Notes under the pieces: model-generated
The model's database searches: none
What the model saw: the letters and a program-made list of their open reading frames with translations, nothing else
What the model was told of the DNA's origin: nothing
In this document: positions 10,370 to 20,300 of the stretch, piece by piece
Numbering within the stretch: the first letter of the stretch is position 1
How the letters are laid out: every line of letters starts with the position of its first letter
Made by a program: the position numbers and the translations under genes
Assembly: GCA_965220535.1 (NCBI GenBank)
Contig: OZ244833.1
Coordinates: forward strand, 1,039,440 to 1,103,439
DNA: 64,000 nucleotides
DNA from: Gammaproteobacteria bacterium
GTDB lineage: Bacteria > Pseudomonadota > Gammaproteobacteria > HK1
Direction of reading: 5' to 3'

Positions 10370-10975
10370 ATGAGCGTTGCCGCCTCCGATGACGATCCGA
10401 AGGCCTCGAAGGCCTTGCCCCCCGAGCCCGGAACCCGTGCGAGCCCCGGCAAGCAAGGCCTTGCCGACTCGCCGACCCCCCTGTCGATTTGCGTGCTGAC
10501 CGTCTCCGATACCCGCGACGAGGGAAGCGATAAATCCGGTCGTTTGTTGGCCGAGCGGCTGCTCGAAGCGGGGCATCGGCTCCATCGAAAAACGATCGTC
10601 CCCGACGATATCTATCGCATTCGCGCGGTGGTATCGGAATGGATCGCGGACCGGCAAATCCACGTGATCCTGACCACCGGCGGCACCGGCGTCACCGGGC
10701 GCGACGGCACTCCGGAGGCGGTCAGTGCGCTCTTCGACAAAACCATCGAGGGTTTCGGGGAAATATTCAGGAGCGTCTCCTACGAGGAAATCGAAACCTC
10801 CACCATCCAGTCGCGGGCCGTGGCCGGGGTCGCCAACGGAACCTACCTATTTTGTCTTCCGGGTTCTTCGGGGGCTTGCCGCACCGCTTGGGATCGGCTG
10901 ATCCGCAAACAACTCGATAGCCGCACGAAGCCGTGCAACCTCGTCGAGTTGATCCCGCGTCTGTTGGAAAAATAG
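10370..10975 (+). CDS. moaB: Molybdenum cofactor biosynthesis protein B
   Basis: Motifs VLTVSDTR, DKSG, TTGGTGVTGRDGTPEA, QSRAVAG and QLDSRTKPCNLVEL. An upstream start at 10331 is possible. Confidence 0.93.
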   Translation: MSVAASDDDPKASKALPPEPGTRASPGKQGLADSPTPLSICVLTVSDTRDEGSDKSGRLLAERLLEAGHRLHRKTIVPDDIYRIRAVVSEWIADRQIHVILTTGGTGVTGRDGTPEAVSALFDKTIEGFGEIFRSVSYEEIETSTIQSRAVAGVANGTYLFCLPGSSGACRTAWDRLIRKQLDSRTKPCNLVELIPRLLEK

Positions 10976-11205
10976 CGCGAAGAAAAACCCAAGCAGAAGA
11001 AAAACATCGGCGCGGGCAAAACGAAACCCTCCGCTTGCGCCTTTTATCCGCTCCTGTCAGAGACTTCGGGATATCGAGGGGGTATAGGTATATGGGCCTC
11101 GATGGGCATCGGCGCCTCGCCCGCGATCCGATCCTTCATCGACGATCGTCGACTTCGAGCTCGACCTCGCTCGCGACCTCGCTCGCGATCGATCACCCGC
11201 CCGAT

Positions 11206-12519
11206 TCAGCCTTCCGGTCGGGTGCGCATATTTTCCGGCAACCAAGTGGCCAGATCGGGAAAGGCGATCAGCACGAAAACCATCAAGACCATGATCAGGA
11301 ACATCGGCACCGCCGTCTTCGCGATATAGCCGATATCGTGTCGAGTCATCCCTTGCAGCACGAAGAGATTGAAGCCGATCGGGGGGGTGATCTGCGCCAT
11401 CTCGACGACCACCACGATGAATATCCCGAACCAGATCATGTCGATGCCGGCGGCGCGGATCATGGGTTCCACCACCGCCATCGTCAGCACCACGGCCGAG
11501 ATGCCATCGAGAAAACACCCGATGACGATATAAAAAACCATCAAGGCGATCAGCAAGGTCGTCGGGGCCAGTTCGAGGGAAGCGATCCACTCGGCGAGGG
11601 CCCGAGGCAGTCCGGTAAAGCCCATCGACAACGACAAAAACGCCGCCCCGGCAAGGATCAGCGCGATCATGCACGAGGTGCGAGTGGCCCCCATCAGGCT
11701 CTCGCCGAAGGTCTTCCACGTCAACGAGCGCTGCAAGGCCGCCAGCACCAAGGCCCCGACCACCCCGAAAGAGGCGGCTTCGGTGGCGGTGGCGAATCCG
11801 GTATACATCGAACCGATGACGAAGAGCACCAAGGCGATGACCGGGATCAGGAATATCGAATCGCCGATGCGCCGAGCCATGGTGACCCGGGCCTCGGGGG
11901 GCGGCAATTCCTTGGCCCGCACGATCGACCACAAAGCGACATAGCCCATGAACATCCCCGCCAACAACAAGCCCGGCAAGATCCCGGCGATAAAGAGCTT
12001 GGTGATCGATTCGTTGATGGTCACTCCGTAGACGATCAGGATGAGAGAGGGCGGGATCATCAAGCCCAAGGTCGCAGCCCCGGCCAGGGTGCCGATGGTC
12101 ATGTATTCCGGATAACCCCGAGAGCGCAGCGCGGGGATCGACATCTTGCCGACGGTGGTCAAGGTCGCCGCCGAGGAACCGGAAACGGCGGCGAAAATCG
12201 TGCATCCCACGATATTCGTATGCAGCAACTTCCCCGGCAGGGGAGCCATCCACGGTGCCAAGCCCTTGAACATATCCTCCGACAGGCGGGTGCGATAGAG
12301 GATCTCCCCCATCCAGATGAACAAGGGCAATGCGGTCAACGACCAGCTCGACGAGGATGACCATATCGTGGTGATCATCGAGTCGCCGGGCGGGCGAAGG
12401 GTGAAAAGTTCCATCCCCACCCAAGCCACCCCCATCAGGGCCAGCCCCACCCATACCCCGCTGCCGAGAAGCAAAAAGAGCACGAAAAGAAAAACGACGG
12501 TCAAGGAGATGCCTTCCAT
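11206..12519 (-). CDS. TRAP transporter large permease (DctM family)
   Basis: Motifs LTALPLFIWMGE, FAAVSGSSAAT, LGLMIPPS, ATATEAA and QITPPIGFNLFV; highly hydrophobic. Confidence 0.93.
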   Translation of the reverse strand: MEGISLTVVFLFVLFLLLGSGVWVGLALMGVAWVGMELFTLRPPGDSMITTIWSSSSSWSLTALPLFIWMGEILYRTRLSEDMFKGLAPWMAPLPGKLLHTNIVGCTIFAAVSGSSAATLTTVGKMSIPALRSRGYPEYMTIGTLAGAATLGLMIPPSLILIVYGVTINESITKLFIAGILPGLLLAGMFMGYVALWSIVRAKELPPPEARVTMARRIGDSIFLIPVIALVLFVIGSMYTGFATATEAASFGVVGALVLAALQRSLTWKTFGESLMGATRTSCMIALILAGAAFLSLSMGFTGLPRALAEWIASLELAPTTLLIALMVFYIVIGCFLDGISAVVLTMAVVEPMIRAAGIDMIWFGIFIVVVVEMAQITPPIGFNLFVLQGMTRHDIGYIAKTAVPMFLIMVLMVFVLIAFPDLATWLPENMRTRPEG

Positions 12520-12679
12520 GGCGTGCGATCCTGGCAAACGAGCCGATTGCAATCCTTATGAAGGGGGCTTCGAAAGGGCGGGATTCGATTTCGAAGGCTG
12601 CGAACGAGTTTTCGAAGGAGTTTTCGAAAATCCGGCAAGACGATGCCGAAAAAGGGTAGAAAAAGCGCTTCGGCGCTCT

Positions 12680-13243
12680 TCAAGCCTCGTTCCGGCGCGA
12701 CTCGAGGCCCTCGTCCTCCCCCGATTGCCCCGCCAAAACGATCGAGAGGAAACGATCGACGAGCGCGATGGAAAAAACGCTCGTCCCCAAGGCCATCGAC
12801 AGTTGCGGGATCCACAGCGGCCAAGCATCCTGCCCTTGGGAAATATCGTTGAGTTTCCACGACCACCACGTCGCGCGAACGGCGTAAACGGCGAAAAAGA
12901 TCGCGATCAGACTGCCGATCCCGAAACACCACGCTTGCAACCACCGACGCGGGCCGGGGGGGAGGCGCAACAAGAGCAGATTCACCCGGATATGCGCCCC
13001 GCGATCGAGGGTGTGGGCCAAGGCGAAGAATACGCTCCCCGCCATGCAATAACCGGCGTAGTAGGTCGCACCGGTAAAGACGTGCCCTGACCAACGAGAC
13101 ACCATCTGAGCCACGATGATCACCAACAACAGCAACAAAAAAGCGGCGGCGATCAACCCGCAGGCTCGATAAAGCGCATCGAGCCTCGGGCGAAGAGCGC
13201 AAAGGATAGGGCTCGTTTTCGATGGTGACCCGACAGATGGCAT
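12680..13243 (-). CDS. TRAP transporter small permease (DctQ family)
   Basis: Four hydrophobic segments and a GAHIRVNL motif; lies between the dctP-like and dctM-like genes. Confidence 0.88.
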   Translation of the reverse strand: MPSVGSPSKTSPILCALRPRLDALYRACGLIAAAFLLLLLVIIVAQMVSRWSGHVFTGATYYAGYCMAGSVFFALAHTLDRGAHIRVNLLLLRLPPGPRRWLQAWCFGIGSLIAIFFAVYAVRATWWSWKLNDISQGQDAWPLWIPQLSMALGTSVFSIALVDRFLSIVLAGQSGEDEGLESRRNEA

Positions 13244-13288
13244 CGGCGCTTATCCCTCGCTCCAAGGCTTTTCTTTTAAGTCATCTTG

Positions 13289-13318
13289 AAAACCCCGGGG
13301 GCGACAAGACCCCCGGGG
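13289..13318 (-). terminator. Hairpin with U-tract between the TRAP binding-protein gene and dctQ
   Basis: CCCCGGGGG-CGACAAGA-CCCCCGGGG at 13293-13318, followed by TTTT on the minus strand. Confidence 0.65.
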
Positions 13319-13397
13319 CTCGCTTCGACTTTTAAAACCCGAAGTCGATTCGAAATCGACTCTTTTTCGACATCGGCTCTCGTCGGCTCTCGAGGGC

Positions 13398-14399
13398 TCA
13401 CATCTTTCGATAGGCCTCGAGGATCGCCTTGCCGTCCGCGCCCGCATTGTCGAGCCATTCTTCGAGCATCGTCCGGCCGATCTCCTGCAACTCAGCCCGC
13501 AGGCTGTCTTTCGCCGGCTGCACCTTCATGCCGTTGGCCGCGAGTTGGGTGACGTACCAATCGGCGAGCTGATGGGCTCTTGCCGTGCCCGCCCGCTCGG
13601 CGAGCATCGCCAAGCCCTTGACGACATTGCGCCGATCCTCGCCGAGTTCGTTCCAAGAATCCTTGTTGACGAAGACGTAATTGCGCGGCATCCAAGCGTT
13701 GACTTCGTAAAAATAACCGAGCTGTTCCCAAACCTTGCGATCGTAGCCGGTCGAACCGGAGGAAACGAAAGCCTCCGCCACCCCGGTCGACAGGGCTTGG
13801 GTCAGCTCCGCCGCCTCGATTTGCACCGGCTGCATCCCGGCAAGCTCCGCGAGCCTCGACGTCGCCGAGTTATAGGCGCGGAATTTGATGCCCTTCATAT
13901 CGGCGATCGATTCGACTTCTTTGTTGAAATAAAGTCCCTGCGGTGGCCAAGGCACGGAATAAAGGAGAACGAGATTTTGATCGTCGAGAATTTTTTCGAC
14001 CGTCGGACGCGCCGCCTGCCAAAGTTTCTCCGATTCTTCGAAGGACGAGACCAAAAAAGGAAGGGAGTCGAAACCGAAGACGGCGTTCTCGTTCTGATGG
14101 GCGGACAGGAGACGCTCGCCGATGGGGGCTTGGCCGGTCTGGATCGCCCGTTTGATTTCATTGCCCTTGAACAACGAGCCGCCGCCGTGGACCACGACAT
14201 CCAAGGCGCCGCCGGTGGCCAAACTCACCGCTTCGGCGAAATCCTTGCCGTTTTGAGTGTGGTAGTTGCTATCGGCATAAGCCATCGGCATATCCCATTT
14301 CTGGGCATGGGCGGGGGCGAAGGCCAACAAGGACAGGGCGAAGAGCCCGACAAGAACACGCCCGAAGCGGCGCGATAACGCGATCGGCTGGGTATACAT
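13398..14399 (-). CDS. TRAP transporter substrate-binding protein (DctP family)
   Basis: Signal peptide; motifs WDMPMAYADSNYHT, VHGGGSL, WPPQGLY, DMKGIKFRAYN and AWMPRN. Confidence 0.92.
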   Translation of the reverse strand: MYTQPIALSRRFGRVLVGLFALSLLAFAPAHAQKWDMPMAYADSNYHTQNGKDFAEAVSLATGGALDVVVHGGGSLFKGNEIKRAIQTGQAPIGERLLSAHQNENAVFGFDSLPFLVSSFEESEKLWQAARPTVEKILDDQNLVLLYSVPWPPQGLYFNKEVESIADMKGIKFRAYNSATSRLAELAGMQPVQIEAAELTQALSTGVAEAFVSSGSTGYDRKVWEQLGYFYEVNAWMPRNYVFVNKDSWNELGEDRRNVVKGLAMLAERAGTARAHQLADWYVTQLAANGMKVQPAKDSLRAELQEIGRTMLEEWLDNAGADGKAILEAYRKM

Positions 14400-14663
14400 C
14401 GATCATTCTCCTTGGGAATCGTATTGTCTTCGAAAGGCTTCGACGAAGCCCGGTTGTGGCATGATCATCGTGGCCGCGACGAAGGACGAAAAGTCTCGCC
14501 GCTGAAAAGGCCGCAAACGCTTTCGATCGTGCATCTTATATGATCGGCTTTCAAGCGTTGCGCAAAGATCGGCCGGACCCCTATCGCGATTCGAGGATTT
14601 TTTCGCTCTTTTCGACCCTTCGCCCGCTTCGAACCACAAGACATCCAAGGAGACCCAAAGACG

Positions 14664-15437
14664 ATGGAATACACCTGCATTCGTGCCGAAACGAGAGATT
14701 CCGTCGGTTTGGTCGTGCTGGATCGACCGCAAGTCCTCAACGCCCTCGATCAGACCTTGATCGAGGAATTGGGCCATCGTTTGGCGGCCTTCGATGCCGA
14801 TGACAATATCGGTGCGATGATCGTTACCGGCAGCGAAAAGGCTTTCGCCGCCGGGGCCGATATCTCCGAGATGAGCGAAAAAAGCGCGATGGAGGCTTTC
14901 GCCGGGCCTCATTTCTCTTATTGGCACCTGATCCGCGGCGTGCGCAAACCGATCATCGCCGCCGTCTCCGGCTACGCTCTCGGCGGCGGCTGCGAGCTGG
15001 CGATGGCTTGCGATATCATCATCGCCGCCGACAACGCCCGCTTCGGGCAGCCGGAAGTCAAACTCGGCATTCCCCCGGGACTCGGCGGCACCCAACGCCT
15101 GCCGCGGGCCGTCGGCAAGGCAAAAGCGATGGATCTTTGCCTGACCGGGCGCATGATGAGCGCCGAGGAGGCCGAGCGCAGCGGGCTCGTCAGCCGGGTG
15201 GTGCCCCCGGAGCGTTTGCTCGAAGAGGCGATGGAAGCGGGAAGGGCCATCGCCTCGATGTCCAAACCGGTGGTGAAGATGATCAAGGAATCCATCGATC
15301 GCGCTTACGAGACCACGCTCGAATCCGGCCTCGACGCCGAACGCGGCTTTTTCCATCTCGCCTTCGCCACCGAGGACAAGAGCGAGGGCATGCGGGCCTT
15401 CTTGGAAAAACGCGCTGCGCTATGGTCGCATCGCTGA
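14664..15437 (+). CDS. Enoyl-CoA hydratase (crotonase family)
   Basis: Motifs AFAAGADISEM, GYALGGGCELAMACD, FGQPEVKLG and EGMRAFLEKR. Confidence 0.93.
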   Translation: MEYTCIRAETRDSVGLVVLDRPQVLNALDQTLIEELGHRLAAFDADDNIGAMIVTGSEKAFAAGADISEMSEKSAMEAFAGPHFSYWHLIRGVRKPIIAAVSGYALGGGCELAMACDIIIAADNARFGQPEVKLGIPPGLGGTQRLPRAVGKAKAMDLCLTGRMMSAEEAERSGLVSRVVPPERLLEEAMEAGRAIASMSKPVVKMIKESIDRAYETTLESGLDAERGFFHLAFATEDKSEGMRAFLEKRAALWSHR

Positions 15438-15523
15438 TTCGCTCGAGCGGGGCAAAGACTCCTACCGGCGGAGCCTTTGAGACCGGCGCATAAAAATATG
15501 CTTGTTCGAAGGAGTCGGAAGAC

Positions 15524-17005
15524 ATGTTGAAAAAAACCGCATCCGGATTGCTCGATCACTCCTTGGGCCGATTCATCAAGGGTCTGCGCGGCGAGAAAGA
15601 CGGGAATATGCCGCTTTCCAAACGCGTCGGCCCCGAACTCGAGGCCGACGATCAATCCCGCCTGCGCGATCAGATCGATGCGTGCTTGGAAGGACGAGGC
15701 GGCGAGGTATCGGCAAGGGCGCGAGCCGCGGCATTGGGAGAGACCTACCTCGTATTGAATCCGGCGGGACGCCTGCGCTTCCTGCAAATACTGCAGCGCG
15801 AATACGATAGCGACCCCCAAGCGATCGGGGAGGCGATCGGGGCCTTTCGTCTGGCCATGGCAAAGCCCGACAGCGAGGCGAAGCCCGCCTCCGAGCGAAG
15901 CGAATACAACCTCGCTCTCGAGCGCCTGCGAAGCGCTGTGACCCCTAGGCGCTTGCGACTCTTCAAACACTTCAACGGTATCAACGGAGGGGTCAAGTTT
16001 CTCGTCGACCTGCGCGCCGATGTGCTCGATGCCAAGCGTGAATATCCGGAACTGGCGGGGATCGACAGCGACCTGCACACCCTGCTCGCCTCATGGTTCG
16101 ATCCGGGCTTCTTGAAACTGCGGCGAATCACTTGGGAAAGCCCCGCTCTCGTGCTGGAAAAACTGATCGACTACGAGGCGGTGCACGAAGTCCGCTCTTG
16201 GGACGATCTCAAGAACCGGCTCAAACCGGATCGCCGATGCTATGCTTTTTTTCATCCCAATCTCTATGCCGAGCCGCTGATTTTCGTGCAGGTGGCACTC
16301 GTGCAGGGGATGTCCTCGAGCGTCCAAACCCTGCTCGATCCCGCCGCGCCGATCGAGCATCCTTTGGCGGTGGATTGCGCGATCTTCTACTCGATATCGA
16401 GCTGCCAAAGCGGATTGAGGGGAGTGAGTTTCGGCAACTTTCTGATCAAACAGGTGGCGACCGATATCGCCCGCGACCTGCCGCATATCAAAAGCTTCGC
16501 GACCCTCTCCCCCCTGCCGGATTTCAGAGCCTGGCTCGATAGGCAACTCGAAGGCGAAGAAGAACTCTTCGACCCCGTTTTCAAAGCGATCATCTTGGAA
16601 CTCGTCGACAACCCCGAAGACAAGTCGGCGGAGGCGGCGTTGCGCGAATTGCTCGATCGTCCCGACTGGAGCGAGGACGAAAGGGTCGCGGACGCGCTGC
16701 GCCCGATCTTGCTGCACCTTGCAGCGCGCTTTTTGAGCCAAACGAGCGATGACTCGGACGAGCGCGGCAAACGCAGCCTCGATCGGGTGGCCCATTTCCA
16801 TCTCGATAACGGGGCGCGGATCGAGCGCATCAACTGGTTCGGCGATATATCGAAGCGAGGAATCGAGCAATCCGCCGGCATCATGGTCAACTATCGTTAT
16901 GTTCTCGAAGATATCGAGAAGAATCACGAGGCCTATTCCGCGACCGGCGAAGCCGCGCTCGCCCCGGAGGTCAAGCGCCTTGCGAGGATGAACCAAGGGA
17001 AATGA
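15524..17005 (+). CDS. Malonyl-CoA decarboxylase
   Basis: Motifs ITWESPALVLEKLIDYEAVH, DRRCYAFFHP, AIFYSISSCQSGLRGVSFGNFLIKQV, FATLSPLPDF and VAHFHLDNGARIERINW. Confidence 0.93.
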   Translation: MLKKTASGLLDHSLGRFIKGLRGEKDGNMPLSKRVGPELEADDQSRLRDQIDACLEGRGGEVSARARAAALGETYLVLNPAGRLRFLQILQREYDSDPQAIGEAIGAFRLAMAKPDSEAKPASERSEYNLALERLRSAVTPRRLRLFKHFNGINGGVKFLVDLRADVLDAKREYPELAGIDSDLHTLLASWFDPGFLKLRRITWESPALVLEKLIDYEAVHEVRSWDDLKNRLKPDRRCYAFFHPNLYAEPLIFVQVALVQGMSSSVQTLLDPAAPIEHPLAVDCAIFYSISSCQSGLRGVSFGNFLIKQVATDIARDLPHIKSFATLSPLPDFRAWLDRQLEGEEELFDPVFKAIILELVDNPEDKSAEAALRELLDRPDWSEDERVADALRPILLHLAARFLSQTSDDSDERGKRSLDRVAHFHLDNGARIERINWFGDISKRGIEQSAGIMVNYRYVLEDIEKNHEAYSATGEAALAPEVKRLARMNQGK

Positions 17006-17173
17006 AGGAATTGCGGGCCTGCGTCATCGAAACGCTCGCCGCGAAGGCGGGCGCATCGTCGAGGGCACCGCTTGGGGCATCGCTCGGGGCATCGACAAAC
17101 ACCGGGACTTCCTTGGCATTCCTTGGCGAGAGCCTCCGTCGGACCATCCGACGCCATCGAATATCGTCGATCC

Positions 17174-17220
17174 CATAGCATCGAGATAGCATCGGGATAG
17201 CATCGGGATAGCATCGCGAT
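17174..17220 (+). repeat. 11-bp tandem repeat x4 (GATAGCATCGG) about 120 bp upstream of the DUF4011 helicase gene
   Basis: Copies at 17174, 17185, 17196 and 17207. Confidence 0.9.
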
Positions 17221-17342
17221 ATCCTTGGAAGGCGCTCTTTCTTTGACGCCCTCGCGAAGCGCCGACTTCGAAACGACCCCCTTGCGTTCCCGAAACGAAG
17301 GTATCGGGAACGACGACGAAAAACGACCAGCCATAGCCAACG

Positions 17343-20300
17343 ATGCCGAAAATCATACCGACGGTCTCTTCGTATTATTCGCCGGCGCATCGACGAACCG
17401 GCCACGGTCGCTTGCTGAACGGTTTGGAGATCGAGCACGCGGATAAAACGGCCGCGCCGCTGGACGATCTGACGCTGCACCTGTACGCCGAACCTGCGCT
17501 TTTCGAACCCTATTCCTGGCGTATCGACACCTTGGGACCGGGGGCGGTTCGGGAACTGCGGGATCGCCAACCGGAGATCGAAGCGGAATATCTCGATAGT
17601 CTGGTCGACGCAACGAAACTGGAACTGCGCTTCGAACTCGAACGACAGGGTCAGGAGATCGCAAGCGCGAAGGCCTCCACCTTGTTGCTGCCGAAAGACC
17701 GTTGGGCCGGGGCCGCGAACAGCCCCGACATGCTGGCCTGTTTCGTGCTGCCCGAGAGCGATCTCGTCGAGCGGCTCATCGAGCGGACGACGCAATTGCT
17801 GGCCACGGCAGCGGGCGACTACGCGATCGACGACGGCTATCGATCGCGACGGCGGGAAGCCCCGTGGATGATGGCCCAAGCGCTATGGCAAGCGGTGGCC
17901 GAGCTGAATCTCGATAGCGCCTCGGCGCCGCCGGAATTCGCCGCTGCCGGTCAACCCATCCGCCTACCGGATCGGATCGCCGCCGCCGGCGCCGCCACCG
18001 GCCTCGACGCCGCTGTCCTCTTCGCCGCCTGCTTGGAGCGTATCGGCCTGCATCCGGTAATCGCGCTGACGCGCGAACACGCCGGCGCCGGCTGCTGGCT
18101 CTTGGAAGAGAGTTTTCAAGTGCCGAGCAGCGACGATGCGATGGATATGCGAAAACGCGTCGATGCCTCGGATATCGTGCTCTTCGAGACCTCCTATGCG
18201 CTAAGACCGGGGGCTTCGTCCTTCTTCGCCGAGGCTTGCGATAGCGCCCGCGCCTTGCTGAACGAGGAAGTCGGGGAGGATTTCCTCCTCGCCCTCGATA
18301 TCAAACAAGCGCGCCTGCGCTCGATCCGACCCTTGCCGAGTCGGCGCGAGCGGATGGAGGCCAAAGCCGCGAAGTCGCAAGCGCCTGAACCCGCGCAGGC
18401 GTTGGAAGCGCCGCCGCCGATGCCCCGGATCCGCCCCGAGGAGGGACCGGTCGAGAACACCCCCGAAGGCCGAGTCGAGCGCTGGCAGCGGCGCCTGCTC
18501 GATCTTTCCAAGCGCAACCGCTTGCTGAACTTCGGCGGCCGCGCCTCCCATATCCGCCTTCACTGCCCCGATATCGCCAAACTCGAAGACGCGCTGGCGC
18601 AAGACCGGAAATTCGAGTTCATCACCGCGCAAGAAAGCGGTTTCGAGGACTTGGAAAGCGGCTCGTCTTCTTCGAATGCGGGCTTCGACCGCTTCGTTCT
18701 CGAAGGACTCGAGGCCAACAAACTGGTGGCCGCCGGCGAGCGCGACAAACTGGATACGACGCTCCTCGGCCTTTATCGCAAAGCGAAAAACGACCTCGAA
18801 GAGGGGGGCAGCAATACCCTGTTCATGAGCATCGGCATGCTGCGATGGAAAGAAATCCCCGAGAGCCAAAGGTCTTTCAAAGCCCCGCTGATCATGCTGC
18901 CGATACAGCTGCAAAGGCGCAGCGCCCGGTCGCGGATCAGCGCCAAACGCCATCCGGACGAGGAAACGGTTTTCAACTCCACGCTGATCGAATTTCTGCT
19001 GCAGGACTACGAGATCGATCTCGGATGCTATCGAGAGTCGCTCCCGACGGATAGCCACGGTGTCGATGTCCCCCAGGTCTGGGGCCGGGTACGCCAAGCG
19101 ATCAAGGATATCAAGGGTTTCGAGTTGATCGAGGAGATCGTCGTCAGCAATTTCTCCTTCCGCAAATTCCTGATGTGGCAGGACCTCAAAGAGCGGCTCG
19201 GCGCTCTTAAAAACAGCATTTTCGTCAATCACCTGATCGAGCAGGGCGGCGGCGGTGGCTATCCGAATACCGCATCGTTCGTCGAAGCGAAGGATGTGGA
19301 CCGACGCATCGAACCCGGCGCCTTGCATACGCCGCTCTATGCGGACAGTTCGCAGCTGGCGGCGGTCGAGGCCTCGACTCGAGAGCAGGACTTCGTGCTC
19401 GAAGGGCCGCCGGGCACCGGCAAATCGGAAACCATCGCCAATATCATCGCCACCAATATCGCTGATGGGCGCAAGGTGCTCTTCGTCGCCGAGAAGATGG
19501 AAGCCCTCAACGTGGTCTACCGGCGCTTGGAGAGGGTCGGCCTCGGGCATCGCTGTCTCGAACTGCACAGCGACAAGGCCAATAAAAAACAAGTGTTGCG
19601 ACAGCTCGACGAGGCGTGGCAGCATGAAACCACGCCGCCCGAGGCTTGGGATCGACGAAACTCAAGCCTATCGAAGCAGCGCAACGAACTCAACGATTAT
19701 TTGGCGCGACTGCACGGGACGAGCGAGGGCTGCGATATCAGCCCTTGGGAGGCGATCGGGGCCTCGTTGGGGAGCGCGAGCGAGGGCTTCTCCTTGGGGT
19801 TGGCGAAAGATCCCGAGCGCATCCCGCCGGAGACGAAAAACTGGCTGAGCGATCTGAAAACGCGGGCCGAGCGTTTGTTGGAGCTCTTCGCCGAGGTCAA
19901 GCATTTGGACCCCCATGCCGTCGCCGCCGTCGGGAGCGGGGAATGGTCGCATCGTTGGGACGATGATTTCCGCACCGCGAGCGAAAAGTTGAAGAGCGGT
20001 CTTGGTGCGATGCTAAAACTCGAGCGGGAATTGTCCGAAGGATTGGGAATCGGCGAAGCGACGAGGGACAAATATGCCCTCGGCGGCATCGAAGAACTGC
20101 TCGATCGATCGAAAGGCGCGGCGGCGGCCCATCATCTACTGGTCTTCGGCTCCGAGGCCGCCCGGCGGCGGCAGGTATTGGCGAAGATCATCGAGACGAC
20201 CGAGCGGCGCCGAGGAACCCACGCGCGACTGGGCATCGATCTCGATTTCGAACAATCGCTGGCCCTGCCGACGAGGCGATGGCTCGAGGAATTGCGCGGG

